A stretch of DNA of 64,000 nt from Chitinophagaceae bacterium (GCA_043727215.1 JAYSYY010000046.1:23056-87055); one strand, 5' to 3'. Shown: positions 9,116 to 19,915, counted from the stretch's first letter. Notes: generated by a model not told the origin, from the sequence alone. Numbers and translations: made by a program.

Positions 9116-9871
9116 TTACTTCGCAAATACCTTTTTCAAAAGATCCGTAACCTGTGCGGCAGGATCCTTCCGAATTTTCTGTTCCTCCTGGCCTATAGAA
9201 TAAAAAACACCTGCCATGGAACGTTCGGTCACATAAGCGGCTAGGTCGGTATTTACGGGTTGTTTGCTTAATTTATTGTAGGCGGTGAATACGTCTTTCC
9301 AATAGCTGGTTGCATTTACTTTAGACAATGATTGCTCTATGACGGGACGCATTTTCCCGGTGAGTTGCGCGGTTGTATTTCTCTTCAGGAAATCTGTTGC
9401 TGCAAAATCTCCACCCCTTAAAATGGAAAGACCATCGGTGAGGGTCATTCCTTTAATGGCATCCCAGAAAATGGTTGATATACCTCCGGCAGCGTCTTCG
9501 GCAGCCCGGTTCATGGACAACACCGCTTTATCAACAAGGGAACCCATTCCAAACTGCCGCAGGGTTTTTTCGGCCTTTACCGCTTCTTCCGGCATCATTA
9601 TTTTTATAGCTGCATTGGCAAAAAAACCATCTGCCTTATTCAGGCGTTTGGCGCTGCTGTCTGTCCCGATGGTGAGTGCCTGTTTTAAGCCCCTGATAAT
9701 TTCATCATTACTTAAACTACCGCCTCCGTTGGCCAGGGCTTTGCTGATACCACCTAAAATGTTTTTGCTACTGTCAGTTTTTACGGCTTTATTTAGTTTT
9801 CCGAGAATCCCCTGTGCCTGGCTAAGAGTGGTTATACTGAAAGCAAACAATAGGAAGGTAAATTTTTTCAT
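9116..9871 (-). CDS. DUF4197 domain secreted protein
   Basis: GLKQAL..G, SMNRAAEDAA, EEQKIRKDP..LLKKVF. Confidence 0.9.
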   Translation of the reverse strand: MKKFTFLLFAFSITTLSQAQGILGKLNKAVKTDSSKNILGGISKALANGGGSLSNDEIIRGLKQALTIGTDSSAKRLNKADGFFANAAIKIMMPEEAVKAEKTLRQFGMGSLVDKAVLSMNRAAEDAAGGISTIFWDAIKGMTLTDGLSILRGGDFAATDFLKRNTTAQLTGKMRPVIEQSLSKVNATSYWKDVFTAYNKLSKQPVNTDLAAYVTERSMAGVFYSIGQEEQKIRKDPAAQVTDLLKKVFAK

Positions 9872-9984
9872 AATTGGTATTTGGCTGATAAGACAACAAA
9901 GCTAACCGTAAACAGGCGAATGCCTGGTTTAAAAATTTCACAAAAATTGTTTAGTATTGCCAGTTCCAAAAGGAGATCTTTATT

Positions 9985-11103
9985 ATGAAAATAGCCATAT
10001 TAGGAGCCGGCATGGTGGGCCGCACTATCGCCCTTGATCTTGCAGGGAAATTTGATGTAACCTCTTTTGACATAAACGAAACGAACCTCGCTTTATTACA
10101 ACTAACTCCCGGAATTAAAACACAAAAAGCCGACCTCGGAGATTTTGGCAGTTATGCGACCCTGCTTAGTGCTTTTGAAATGGTGGTTTGCGCAGTGCCT
10201 GGCTTCATGGGGTACAAGGCATTGGAAACTATCATCAAGGCCAAAAAAAATGTGGTGGATATTTCCTTTTTTCCCGAGGATGCCCTGGCTTTGCACTCTT
10301 TGGCGAGGGAGCTTGGCGTGACTGCGATTGTGGATTGTGGCGTAGCGCCAGGGATGAGTAACCTTATACTTGGCCGATACAATGAAGAAATGATCATTCA
10401 AAGCTTTGAATGTATGGTGGGTGGCCTTCCCAAACTGCGGGTAAAACCTTTCGAGTACAAGGCCCCCTTCTCCCCTGTTGATGTGATTGAAGAATACACA
10501 CGGCCAGCCAGGTATGTACAAAACGGGCACGTGGTAACCCGGCCAGCCTTGAGCGACGCGGAACTCATCAATTTTGAAAAAGCAGGTACCCTGGAATCTT
10601 TCAACACCGACGGGTTAAGGAGTATTTTATTTACCATGGCCCACATCCCTGATATGAAGGAAAAAACACTGCGATACCCCGGGCATATAGCCCTGGTACA
10701 ATCATTAAAACAGGCTGGTTTTTTCGATGAGAGCGAGATAGAATTAAATGGAAATAAGTTCAGGCCAATAGACTTTACTTCTAAAATACTGTTTGATAAA
10801 TGGAAACTACACCCAGGGGAAGAGGAGTTTACTATCATGACCGTAACAATCAAGGGTACCGTGGATGCCATACCAGTTGTTGTTGAATATTTTTTGTATG
10901 ACGAATATGATGCCGACACCCGCACATCATCTATGAGCCGCACTACCGGTTACACCTGCACTGCTGCCGTAAATATGCTGGCGGAAAATTTATTCAATGA
11001 AACGGGCGTTTTCCCTCCAGAACTCATAGGAAAACACAAAAAATGTTTTGACTTTATGATGGCTTACCTCGCAGACAGGAATGTTCAGTGGATCAAAAGA
11101 TGA
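9985..11103 (+). CDS. Saccharopine dehydrogenase family protein (lysine 6-dehydrogenase-like)
   Basis: GAGMVG Rossmann fold, DCGVAPGMSN, EKTLRYPGH, SMSRTTG. Confidence 0.88.
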   Translation: MKIAILGAGMVGRTIALDLAGKFDVTSFDINETNLALLQLTPGIKTQKADLGDFGSYATLLSAFEMVVCAVPGFMGYKALETIIKAKKNVVDISFFPEDALALHSLARELGVTAIVDCGVAPGMSNLILGRYNEEMIIQSFECMVGGLPKLRVKPFEYKAPFSPVDVIEEYTRPARYVQNGHVVTRPALSDAELINFEKAGTLESFNTDGLRSILFTMAHIPDMKEKTLRYPGHIALVQSLKQAGFFDESEIELNGNKFRPIDFTSKILFDKWKLHPGEEEFTIMTVTIKGTVDAIPVVVEYFLYDEYDADTRTSSMSRTTGYTCTAAVNMLAENLFNETGVFPPELIGKHKKCFDFMMAYLADRNVQWIKR

Positions 11104-11138
11104 CAGACGGGTCACTTGCATAAAATTGAATCGCCCCA

Positions 11139-12380
11139 CTATATCTTAACCACTTTGTAGGAGCGTTGTGCGCCGGCTTCTCCCACTTTTAAAATATAAA
11201 GCCCCGCCGGAATTTGTTGAAGGTAGATCACTTCCTTCTCTGACTGCAGAAGAAACTTCCTGACCAATCGCCCGGCCGATGTATATAAGGTAGCTGATTT
11301 GCCCATGAGAGTAGTAAACTCCCCCGCATCAATATGTAATTCACTCACCACAGGGTTGGGATACAATGTTACCATCATTGGCCTCATCTGACCTGGCAGG
11401 GAATCCTGTGGCAGTGGTGCCCCGCTGGCAAGGCTACTATCGCATTGGTAGGAAAGCAACAAACTATTGCGTTGCCCGCCCAATGCAAACAATCCCCTCA
11501 TCCTGTTTTTTTGGCCGGTAGTAAACAGTTGCATGCAGGCGTCATCTGTCAGGTCCATAAAATTCATGTACATGTCACCGTTCAAATTGGGCGAACAGTT
11601 GCTTCTACTTGGAAATGAGGGGCAACCGAAATTGTAACTTTTTTGCTTTGGAGTATCAGATACCCCGTCATCCCCACAATCATCTTCGCCCCAGATATGT
11701 TTGAGCCCAAGCCAGTGCGCCACTTCGTGCGTGCCTGTCCTGCCTTTATTAAAGCCGCCACGTAATCCACCCACTGTTCCAAAAACATCGTAATTGATAA
11801 CAACCCCGTCCTTCTCTGCAGGCCCGCCGGGTGGGGTGGCATAACCAAGGCTGCGGCCAAAAAGTTCGCACACCCAGATATTCATGTAACGCTTACTGTC
11901 CCAGGCATCGCTGCCACCCGAGGTTGAAAACTTCATGCCATCATCTCCCAAAAAAAATGGGTTGCTGGTGTATTTCTTTACAATCCCGGAGGTATTTCTC
12001 CCAGTAGGGTCCACCTTAGCAAGGCAGAACATGATCCTGGCATCTGCCGCAAATGGTTTGAAAGCATCCGGCACAAGGTTTTTATCACTGTTCAGCATCC
12101 TGAAATCCCTGTTCAACACCTCGATCTGGGATAATACCTGTGCATCGCTGATCTGTTGGGTTGCGTTATTAAACAACACATGTACCACGACTGGGATAAT
12201 AATGATCTCATCCCTGGAGGTATCGCGGGATGGAAAGGCGGGTACACGGTTCACACTGTTCTGCAAAACGGGTTCGGCCACAAAATATTCCTTTATATAG
12301 GTATCGCTGCTGCACAAGCGCTGTGCGCCGCTGCTAAAAAAACTGAGAAAAAAAATAAAACCAATAGATAAAACCCTCAT
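11139..12380 (-). CDS. M43 (pappalysin/ulilysin-like) zinc metalloprotease with T9SS C-terminal sorting domain
   Basis: HEVAHWLGLKH zinc motif, NFMD Met-turn, C-terminal LYPNP...GLYILKV...KVVKI. Confidence 0.92.
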   Translation of the reverse strand: MRVLSIGFIFFLSFFSSGAQRLCSSDTYIKEYFVAEPVLQNSVNRVPAFPSRDTSRDEIIIIPVVVHVLFNNATQQISDAQVLSQIEVLNRDFRMLNSDKNLVPDAFKPFAADARIMFCLAKVDPTGRNTSGIVKKYTSNPFFLGDDGMKFSTSGGSDAWDSKRYMNIWVCELFGRSLGYATPPGGPAEKDGVVINYDVFGTVGGLRGGFNKGRTGTHEVAHWLGLKHIWGEDDCGDDGVSDTPKQKSYNFGCPSFPSRSNCSPNLNGDMYMNFMDLTDDACMQLFTTGQKNRMRGLFALGGQRNSLLLSYQCDSSLASGAPLPQDSLPGQMRPMMVTLYPNPVVSELHIDAGEFTTLMGKSATLYTSAGRLVRKFLLQSEKEVIYLQQIPAGLYILKVGEAGAQRSYKVVKI

Positions 12381-12653
12381 TTCTTGTGTATAAAAGTGAT
12401 CAGAAATGATTTTTACCGAAGGATATAATGATTGAAAACGGGAACAGGTTTACATTAAAAACCGGGGTTTTTTATAGTAAATTGAATTAGGAACTGGCAT
12501 TTATCCTTTTGGGAGGGAGAAATATCCGGCTCAGAGGTACGTCAAATATAGGACAATATCTTTTATAACAAACAATTACACGATTAAAAATACAAATAAA
12601 ATCTTTGGCTGACGGTAGTTCATTATTTTTGCCGCAACTATTAATTCATCCAG

Positions 12654-13457
12654 ATGAATCGTTTTTTGATACTCTTTTCCCTTGTTTTTGCCCTGTCCTG
12701 CACCAGTAATGACAAATCCGATGTAGATGATACCATCAGGACGGCTTCTTCCGGTATTGCTGCACCGGCGAACATTGGTTTTTCTGTGCTGGCCCAATAT
12801 CCGCACGATACCAGTGCTTACACGCAGGGGCTGGAGTTATACAATGGTAAAATGTACGAGGCCACCGGGGATTATGAAACATCTTCTTTGCGCATCACTG
12901 ATCACAAAACCGGCAAGGTAGAGCAAAAACACCCGATGGGTTCCGATAAGATCTTTGGGGAAGGTATCACCATCTTCAATAATAAGATCTACCAGCTTAC
13001 CTGGCAGAGCAACCTTGTTTATGTCTATGATGTAAACAATATTAATAAGCCTGTAAAAACCTTTAGATGGCCTTATGAAGGCTGGGGTATTACTCACAGT
13101 GCAACGGAGCTGATCATCAGCGATGGAACTGCTAACCTATATTTTGTAAATCCGGAGGATTTTAAATTAAAAAATACCATCTCTGTTCAAACCGATAAGG
13201 GGCCACTGGATAATATCAATGAACTTGAATTTATCAACGGATTTATTTATGCAAATGTTTATACCACAAACTATATCGTGAAGATAGACCCCTCGAGCGG
13301 CCACGTGGTCGGCCTCTTGAATTTCCCTGACCTGGTGCAAAAGGAAAGGACAGGTAGGACGGATTATTTTAATGGGATTGCTTATGATTCAACAAACAAC
13401 ACGCTGTTAGTTACAGGAAAAAGATGGCCGAAAATGTTTGAGGTTAAACTATATTGA
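12654..13457 (+). CDS. Glutaminyl-peptide cyclotransferase (plant/bacterial beta-propeller type), lipoprotein
   Basis: Lipobox ALSC; YTQGLE, FGEG, LTWQ, EGWG, SDG, NELE, NGIA, TGKRW motifs. Confidence 0.93.
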   Translation: MNRFLILFSLVFALSCTSNDKSDVDDTIRTASSGIAAPANIGFSVLAQYPHDTSAYTQGLELYNGKMYEATGDYETSSLRITDHKTGKVEQKHPMGSDKIFGEGITIFNNKIYQLTWQSNLVYVYDVNNINKPVKTFRWPYEGWGITHSATELIISDGTANLYFVNPEDFKLKNTISVQTDKGPLDNINELEFINGFIYANVYTTNYIVKIDPSSGHVVGLLNFPDLVQKERTGRTDYFNGIAYDSTNNTLLVTGKRWPKMFEVKLY

Positions 13458-13615
13458 TTTTACCCTGGATTGATTCAATTACGAAGTGCATGAATGCTAT
13501 AGTATGATTCCTTTATCGTTGATTCATAAACCAAGCATGTGTGACATGGCTATAGAACGTAAAAAAAGCCAACCCGGGCTGTGCTGATTCTTGCAATTGG
13601 TTCCTTAAATCCGTG

Positions 13616-14506
13616 TTATCCCTTTTTTATAACATATATCACCGAACTGCACCTCTCTTTATCAAACAAAGCTTTCAGGTTGGAGATCACCCCGATCAAA
13701 CATGCCTTAACAATATTGCCCTTACCCTTTTGATATTGTTCGCTTAGCATACTCACGTAAAAAGAGTCAAACCACATTGGTTTTGTACCTGCGACTTCCA
13801 GCCCATGCTGTCGCATTAACTGTTTCATACTTGCAGGCGAGAAATGATAGAGGTGCCTGGGTGTATCGTACGCTGCCCAGTGTTGGTTATAATGTCCGGC
13901 ATCATAGGAGGTATAATTAGGTACTGCGATGAGCAAACGCCCGTTATCAGCGAGCAGTTTTTTTAATTGTGCCACATATTCATGCAACTGGTGCACATGT
14001 TCCAACACATGCCACATTGTGATAGCATCAAATGATTTTGACTGCAGGTCAAACAACTCCCCTGACGGACGCGGATGAATCCCAAACAATTCGGCCGCAT
14101 TTTTTCTTGCCAGTTCATCCGGCTCCAGCCCCGTGATCTCCCACCCCGCATTTTTCATTTCATTTAAAAAAGCACCTGTGCCGCAGCCCACATCCAGGAT
14201 ATTTCCTTTGGTTAAGCCGGTAAGCGTACCGATCATTTTGCGTTTAGCGGTAAGTGTTACTGAACGAACCCTGTGGTATATCGTATTAATAAAGCCTTTC
14301 TGGGTGTTGCTGTGTGAAATATAATTCAACGAAGCGTAATAAGGTCCTATAGCCTCCTGCGGAGGCACACCCTGTGTGAACATTCCCGTGCAATTGCTAC
14401 AACGAACCACCGTAAACAACCCGCCGGATACAGTATAATCTTTTACAGGAAACTTGTCAGCTAGATTGCCCGATCCGCAGAGCGGACAATTATCATAATG
14501 GATCAT
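13616..14506 (-). CDS. Class I SAM-dependent methyltransferase with N-terminal zinc ribbon
   Basis: CPLC...CSNC, LDVGCGTG, MWHVLEH, PRHL. Confidence 0.9.
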   Translation of the reverse strand: MIHYDNCPLCGSGNLADKFPVKDYTVSGGLFTVVRCSNCTGMFTQGVPPQEAIGPYYASLNYISHSNTQKGFINTIYHRVRSVTLTAKRKMIGTLTGLTKGNILDVGCGTGAFLNEMKNAGWEITGLEPDELARKNAAELFGIHPRPSGELFDLQSKSFDAITMWHVLEHVHQLHEYVAQLKKLLADNGRLLIAVPNYTSYDAGHYNQHWAAYDTPRHLYHFSPASMKQLMRQHGLEVAGTKPMWFDSFYVSMLSEQYQKGKGNIVKACLIGVISNLKALFDKERCSSVIYVIKKG

Positions 14507-14544
14507 TAAAAATAAATTCAGGCTGCAAAGAAAACCAATTTATT

Positions 14545-15186
14545 TTACTTAGCGGGAATGCTGTAGGTTTTGGGAGATTGGGCTGCTTCCACGGGCTTTA
14601 TATTACCAAACAGGCCGCCATGTTTATGGTGCGTAAAATAAATCACAAGGGCGATGAGACCTATCAGTCCTAAAGAGATGGCGGCTATCCACCACCTGCT
14701 GCGTGAAGTAGCCGAGGCAGAATTGAGCATTTCAGTCATCGCCGCGCTATTCGTCTCTGTATCTCCTACAAGTATATTATGGGTAACATCGGGGTGTATA
14801 ACGCGTTCTGCAGCCACGGCAGGGAAATAGGCTGTAGGCAAAGGAACGGTTTTAAAATAGAGCACCTCGCTGGAGTCTTTATAGAAACTACCGGCTGACG
14901 CTAGTGGCAGTTCTTCATTAGCCTGCAGGTTATTTAGCCGCTCACAAAACCGGTGCAGGTAGGTTTCTGCCTCTGATACCCGCGTATCATTTTCTGCAGA
15001 TAAAAAACTGACAAGGGTGTCCGCGGAAATTTCTTTATTACTCAGTTCTATAAAGGGCATCGGGGCCAACATGCGTTTTTCACCGGGTAACAATTTGGCC
15101 TGTCCCAGGTTTAATACCAGGCTGCCGATCCCCGGCAAAGGACAATTTTTATATTCATATAAATAAGTAGCCAACAACTTTTCCAT
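14545..15186 (-). CDS. Hypothetical protein with HU-like (CCDC81-type) N-terminal domains and a C-terminal TM anchor
   Basis: LPGIGSL and L..AGSF HU-like repeats; WWIAAISLGLIGLIALVIYF TM segment. Confidence 0.6.
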   Translation of the reverse strand: MEKLLATYLYEYKNCPLPGIGSLVLNLGQAKLLPGEKRMLAPMPFIELSNKEISADTLVSFLSAENDTRVSEAETYLHRFCERLNNLQANEELPLASAGSFYKDSSEVLYFKTVPLPTAYFPAVAAERVIHPDVTHNILVGDTETNSAAMTEMLNSASATSRSRWWIAAISLGLIGLIALVIYFTHHKHGGLFGNIKPVEAAQSPKTYSIPAK

Positions 15187-15204
15187 GCCCTGCAAAAATA
15201 GCGG

Positions 15205-16842
15205 TTAAAAGTTAATTAATATTCCCGCCGTGGCGTTCAGGCCATAAACCTGGTAGTTATGCCAACGCTCGTATTTATCGTTCAGTATATTATTAATAGT
15301 TGCCCAGGCACTGAATTGTTTGTTGATCCTGAACTCCGCGCCTGCACTTAGGTCCGTGCCACCGCTGAGCGGCCTGCTGCCATTGGATTTAGTGATATAA
15401 TTTCCGCCGTTAAAGAAATAAAAATCACCCTTTATCATCAGTCGCTCAAACGCCCACCAGCGGAGAGAACTGGTAAATTCCATTGGGATGGTATGCCAGG
15501 CCTTATCATTTGTCTTCATCCCTGTGTAGCCATTAAATGTAACCCCTGCCGTAAACGTGAACTTATCCTGGTTGATATAGCTGACATCTCCATGCACCCG
15601 GAAATTATTGACCTTGCTTTCATTGACCACGAGGAAGGCTTTTTGATCTGTGGCCGTGTCATTGATGAAAAAAGGCAGGTCCCTGTAAGTGATAACCCCC
15701 GCTTTTGCATTAAAATTAAAATGTTTTCCAACGCTGGCCTTGATACCTCCGTAATATTCTGTTTCCCTTGTGTTATTCTGCACTAACAGGGTCTGCAGGT
15801 ATGGATTGATTGCGGAGAGGTTGCGGTAAGTATTTTTCGTATACCGCCCAACCCATCCCCCTTGCAACATAAAAACTTTTTCCTGCAATTGTACTTCAGC
15901 AAAAATATCCGGCAACCATTTAAAATCGCCATTACTCCAGGTGGGGGTAAAACCTCCATGCAATTTGACCAACCGTGTTTTATATTCAAACGCCGGTGCT
16001 ACCTGCACAATATTATTGGCAAATTTTACATCATTCGGTATAAAGCCTTTTGTCGAATAATTCGTAAAGTCTCCCCTGGCCGCCACCATTACGGTCAATT
16101 CATCTCCAAACTTTTTTTCCACAGGTGCATTAAAGGCAATAGTGGTTTCACTTAGCTTATTTTTATTGGTAAAGAAATTAAGTTGGATGGATGGATTGTA
16201 ATTGATGCGCCAGGGGGTGATCACTGTATTCCGTATTCCACCGGAAAATGTAATATCCTGGAACTGCTGCCGCAGGGATGCTTTGCTATAATTATAAAGG
16301 CTGTGGTCATAGCCATATAAATAATAATTATCCTGCCGCACCGAAGCAGCCGCATACACTTCATTTTCACCGGTAAAATAACTTCCTGTGCCTTTAATAT
16401 TTAAAAGGGAATAATCCTGGAAATCAATATCAGTGCCCTTCGATCCGGTATAGGTTCCATAAAGGTTTAACAGGCTTTTTTTGCCATCACCAAAACTCAG
16501 TCCCGCTGATACAAAAGGGGTGCTGTAATTGCCAAAACCTGCTTTTAGAAAGTTTCTCCCTCCCAGGTAAAGATTGGTATCCTGCACCAGGGCGAGGGGT
16601 TTGAGCGTAATGGGTTGGTAAGCGTAAAAAATATTTTGAGATGGTATTGTATACCCCAACACCGGTCGCGCTGTATCAGCCATCAATTGGGACCCCGAGA
16701 AATTTATTTTTACCGAGTTGCGGAGCACCGGCTTAAAGGACGAAGTGATGTCAATGGATTGTGTTTTGGATGTATCGCGTTGTGCAGCGGCATTAAATAT
16801 GGCAAAACCAGTAACTGCGGTTAAAAAAAATATTTTATTCAT
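15205..16842 (-). CDS. Outer-membrane beta-barrel protein (TonB-dependent receptor-like, short)
   Basis: Signal peptide, alternating beta-strand pattern, NNILNDKY and terminal GILINF beta-signal. Confidence 0.75.
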   Translation of the reverse strand: MNKIFFLTAVTGFAIFNAAAQRDTSKTQSIDITSSFKPVLRNSVKINFSGSQLMADTARPVLGYTIPSQNIFYAYQPITLKPLALVQDTNLYLGGRNFLKAGFGNYSTPFVSAGLSFGDGKKSLLNLYGTYTGSKGTDIDFQDYSLLNIKGTGSYFTGENEVYAAASVRQDNYYLYGYDHSLYNYSKASLRQQFQDITFSGGIRNTVITPWRINYNPSIQLNFFTNKNKLSETTIAFNAPVEKKFGDELTVMVAARGDFTNYSTKGFIPNDVKFANNIVQVAPAFEYKTRLVKLHGGFTPTWSNGDFKWLPDIFAEVQLQEKVFMLQGGWVGRYTKNTYRNLSAINPYLQTLLVQNNTRETEYYGGIKASVGKHFNFNAKAGVITYRDLPFFINDTATDQKAFLVVNESKVNNFRVHGDVSYINQDKFTFTAGVTFNGYTGMKTNDKAWHTIPMEFTSSLRWWAFERLMIKGDFYFFNGGNYITKSNGSRPLSGGTDLSAGAEFRINKQFSAWATINNILNDKYERWHNYQVYGLNATAGILINF

Positions 16843-16879
16843 GTTGTGCGCTTATAATAAAATGAATGCCGGCAGTTGA

Positions 16880-19800
16880 TTAATTGCCAATTTTGGATTG
16901 TTGTTTTTCTTCGGCCGTGGCCTTCGCTAATTTTTGTTGTGCTTCTGTTTTTAATTCAGCGATGGCTGCATTTTTTGCTACACTTTCGTAAGTTGCTTTT
17001 GCGTTGAAATAATCTTTCTGTTGCATAAAAATGTCGCCCAGCAGGATGTAGGATCTGGTCACCCACAGATCATAGGAACCGGTTTCCTTAATGACCGCCA
17101 TACCAGCTTTTTCCGCGGCGGCAAGATTGTTCAAACTATAATAACAATTGGCGATCTCGTACCGCGCTTCTGCACCCCATGCTGCTTTATTGATGGTTGC
17201 CGCATTCTTAAACGAGGTAATAGCGGCGTTGCAGTCATTATTGATTTGCTGCGATTTTCCCAATACAAGATTGGCGACCGACCTGTCATCTGTATTGATG
17301 CCTTTTTTTGTCAGCAGGTCTTTGGCTGCGGTATTGGCTTCTGTATAGTCTTTTAAAAGGTAGTGGCTGCGTACGAGTCCTCGTAAGGCTTCCAGCAGGT
17401 TATCCTGGTTCACGGCACTCAGCCGCAGCATTTCAAAATATTTTTTTGCGTTGGCATAATCTTTTAACTCAAAATAATAAATACGTGCTGCCTCAAGTGT
17501 TGCTCTTTCGTAGTATTTATTCAGGCCACGGTTGTTCACAAAGGCAAATCCTTTTAGCGCGTTTGGCCAGTCCTTATTTTTCTGGTAACACAACGCACTT
17601 TGGTAATTTGCGTCAATCACATATGCACCATCAGGATACCGGCTAATATAATTCGCAAAGCTGCTGATAGCACCTGTACAATCATTGTTACTGTACCGCA
17701 GTTCGGCAGATGCATAGGTAAGCGAATCCGCTTCGTTCACTGACACGACCTTGCCATTCTTTTTCATCAGGTCAACATAATCATTCGGCCTCCCCTCCTC
17801 TACATAAATATCCCTGATGATTCCCATCGCTTCATCTGCTTCCACCGACTGCGGGTACTTTTGTATCAGCGCCTCATAATTGGTTAAGGCTTCCCTGTTG
17901 TTGTTGTTACTATAATGTGCGAGCCCAAGTTTTAGGTAGGCCCGCGGTTTGAGTCCGTTGTTGGAAGAATTAATGATATTGGTTAAATAAGGAACAGCTT
18001 CCCTGAATTTTTCATCAGAGATATAAGTGAGCGCGATTTCCATGTTCACCTCCGGCACCAGTGTGCTGGCGGGATATTGTTTACTTATTGAATTAAGCAG
18101 GCGTATTTTTTCGCCACTGTTTCTTACACCGGCGATCATTGCTTTCTGGTAAGTTGCATAATCTGCCTGGGGCAGGGCATTGCTGATCACCTGTTCATAC
18201 ATGGACCCTGCGCGTCCAAAATCCTTGAGCATATAATAACTGTCTGCTGTGCGCAGGTAGGCATCCTGTACAATAGAGGGTGAAGAAACGGATACGGTCC
18301 TGGTTACTCCCTCAAAAGCTGGCAGTGCCTGGCTGAAATTTTCTTTCTGGAACCAGCTATATCCAACCGTGTACCTCGCTGCCGATGGATTCGCTTCTCC
18401 CTGAGCGGCCGCACCACTCTGCAGGTAAATGTTGGAATACCTGATGGCATCGTCATATCGCTGCATCCGGTAGGCGATCTCCCCTTTCCAGAAATTGGCG
18501 TAGGGCAGAATGTTACCAGATAAATTATTATTCAGCACTTTGGTAAGTAACTCATCCGCGGGCAGCAACTGCTGGTCATTAATATGTTCGATCGCACGGC
18601 CGTATAAGATACGGGGGAATACCTTCTGCATCGAAGCGGTTGGTTGCTTAAAACTTTCATACAGCGCCAGTGCGTCATTAAAATTATTTGTGTTGGTAAG
18701 CAGGTTCACAAGGATCTCTTTCGCCTCCACATCATATTCAGAATTTGGATAATCCCGGATATAGTTTTTCATCTCATTTAACGCCACATCCTGGTAACCC
18801 AGCTCATAGGAAAGTTTGCCGTAGTTAAACCGGGAAACTTTTTGTTGCAGTGCATTGCTGCTGTTGAAGGCGCTGTATTGAAAAGCCGTACGCGCATTCG
18901 CTTTTTGATTGGTACGAAGGTAAAGGTCGCCCAACAGGTACATACTATTCTGCCCCATCGAATCTCTCTCATTACTCAGTTGCTTAAAGCCTTCAATGGC
19001 TTTTTCGAACCGGCCTTCCTTATAATAAGAAAAACTCAACTCGTATAAAACTTCTTTGCTCACTTTTGGAGTACTGTTTACATAATCCTCCAGTAACGGC
19101 AATGCCTTTTTGTAGTTTTGTTTTTCAAAATACAACTGGCCGGTGAGCAACTTCAATTGTTTTTCATAATACAGGTTGCCGGCACGTCCCAGTACGGATT
19201 CCCCATAAGCGAGTGCTTCCTCTTTTTTCCCCTGGAAATAGTAGATTTCCGCTATATAATAGGGAACAACAGATTTGTAGTCCTCATGCGATTCTACGAG
19301 CTTAAAAGATTTCAAGGCTTCTGCATACTGGCGATCGTAATAACTTATAAACCCGTAGTAATAGTTCGCAGGAATGTAATATTTATTGTCAGGAAGCTGA
19401 TGGATCTCGTTAAATAAAGGTTTGGCCTGCGCGAATTGCTTCAGGTTGAAGTGAGCATAAGCCTTTTCAAATTTTGCATCCGCTATCTGGTCATTGTCAA
19501 GATTGTCATAACCGGCTATCTCAAAATACTCCACTGCTTTACTGAAGTCGTCCTTGAGAAAATAATAGTGTGCAAGATGAAAACTCAGCAACTGCCTGCG
19601 GGGCTCGTTGGTGATGCTGTTAATATACGAGGTAGCCTCATCCTCAGCCACCGGCTGCATGAGTTTTAGTTGGCAGGTAATGGAGTAATAGGTTACATCA
19701 TCATTGATATAAGTATGGTCACTGATCGTATTGGGCGGATAAAGTTCTTTGAGTTCTTTGATAAGAGGATAAGCCAGGGCATACTGCTCTTTTACAAAAA

Positions 19801-19915
19801 ACTCTTTTGCTTCCTTATACTTTTTTTCGGGATCCGTGATGTTGTGCGTGGGTTGAGCTATTGCAGGAAAGCTGCAAGCAACCGCAAGCAGCATAATTAT
19901 AATTTTTTGATTCAT
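16880..19915 (-). CDS. Large periplasmic tetratricopeptide-repeat protein
   Basis: Signal peptide from MNQKIIIM (AIA|Q); continuous TPR motifs over about 1000 aa. Confidence 0.9.
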   Translation of the reverse strand: MNQKIIIMLLAVACSFPAIAQPTHNITDPEKKYKEAKEFFVKEQYALAYPLIKELKELYPPNTISDHTYINDDVTYYSITCQLKLMQPVAEDEATSYINSITNEPRRQLLSFHLAHYYFLKDDFSKAVEYFEIAGYDNLDNDQIADAKFEKAYAHFNLKQFAQAKPLFNEIHQLPDNKYYIPANYYYGFISYYDRQYAEALKSFKLVESHEDYKSVVPYYIAEIYYFQGKKEEALAYGESVLGRAGNLYYEKQLKLLTGQLYFEKQNYKKALPLLEDYVNSTPKVSKEVLYELSFSYYKEGRFEKAIEGFKQLSNERDSMGQNSMYLLGDLYLRTNQKANARTAFQYSAFNSSNALQQKVSRFNYGKLSYELGYQDVALNEMKNYIRDYPNSEYDVEAKEILVNLLTNTNNFNDALALYESFKQPTASMQKVFPRILYGRAIEHINDQQLLPADELLTKVLNNNLSGNILPYANFWKGEIAYRMQRYDDAIRYSNIYLQSGAAAQGEANPSAARYTVGYSWFQKENFSQALPAFEGVTRTVSVSSPSIVQDAYLRTADSYYMLKDFGRAGSMYEQVISNALPQADYATYQKAMIAGVRNSGEKIRLLNSISKQYPASTLVPEVNMEIALTYISDEKFREAVPYLTNIINSSNNGLKPRAYLKLGLAHYSNNNNREALTNYEALIQKYPQSVEADEAMGIIRDIYVEEGRPNDYVDLMKKNGKVVSVNEADSLTYASAELRYSNNDCTGAISSFANYISRYPDGAYVIDANYQSALCYQKNKDWPNALKGFAFVNNRGLNKYYERATLEAARIYYFELKDYANAKKYFEMLRLSAVNQDNLLEALRGLVRSHYLLKDYTEANTAAKDLLTKKGINTDDRSVANLVLGKSQQINNDCNAAITSFKNAATINKAAWGAEARYEIANCYYSLNNLAAAEKAGMAVIKETGSYDLWVTRSYILLGDIFMQQKDYFNAKATYESVAKNAAIAELKTEAQQKLAKATAEEKQQSKIGN

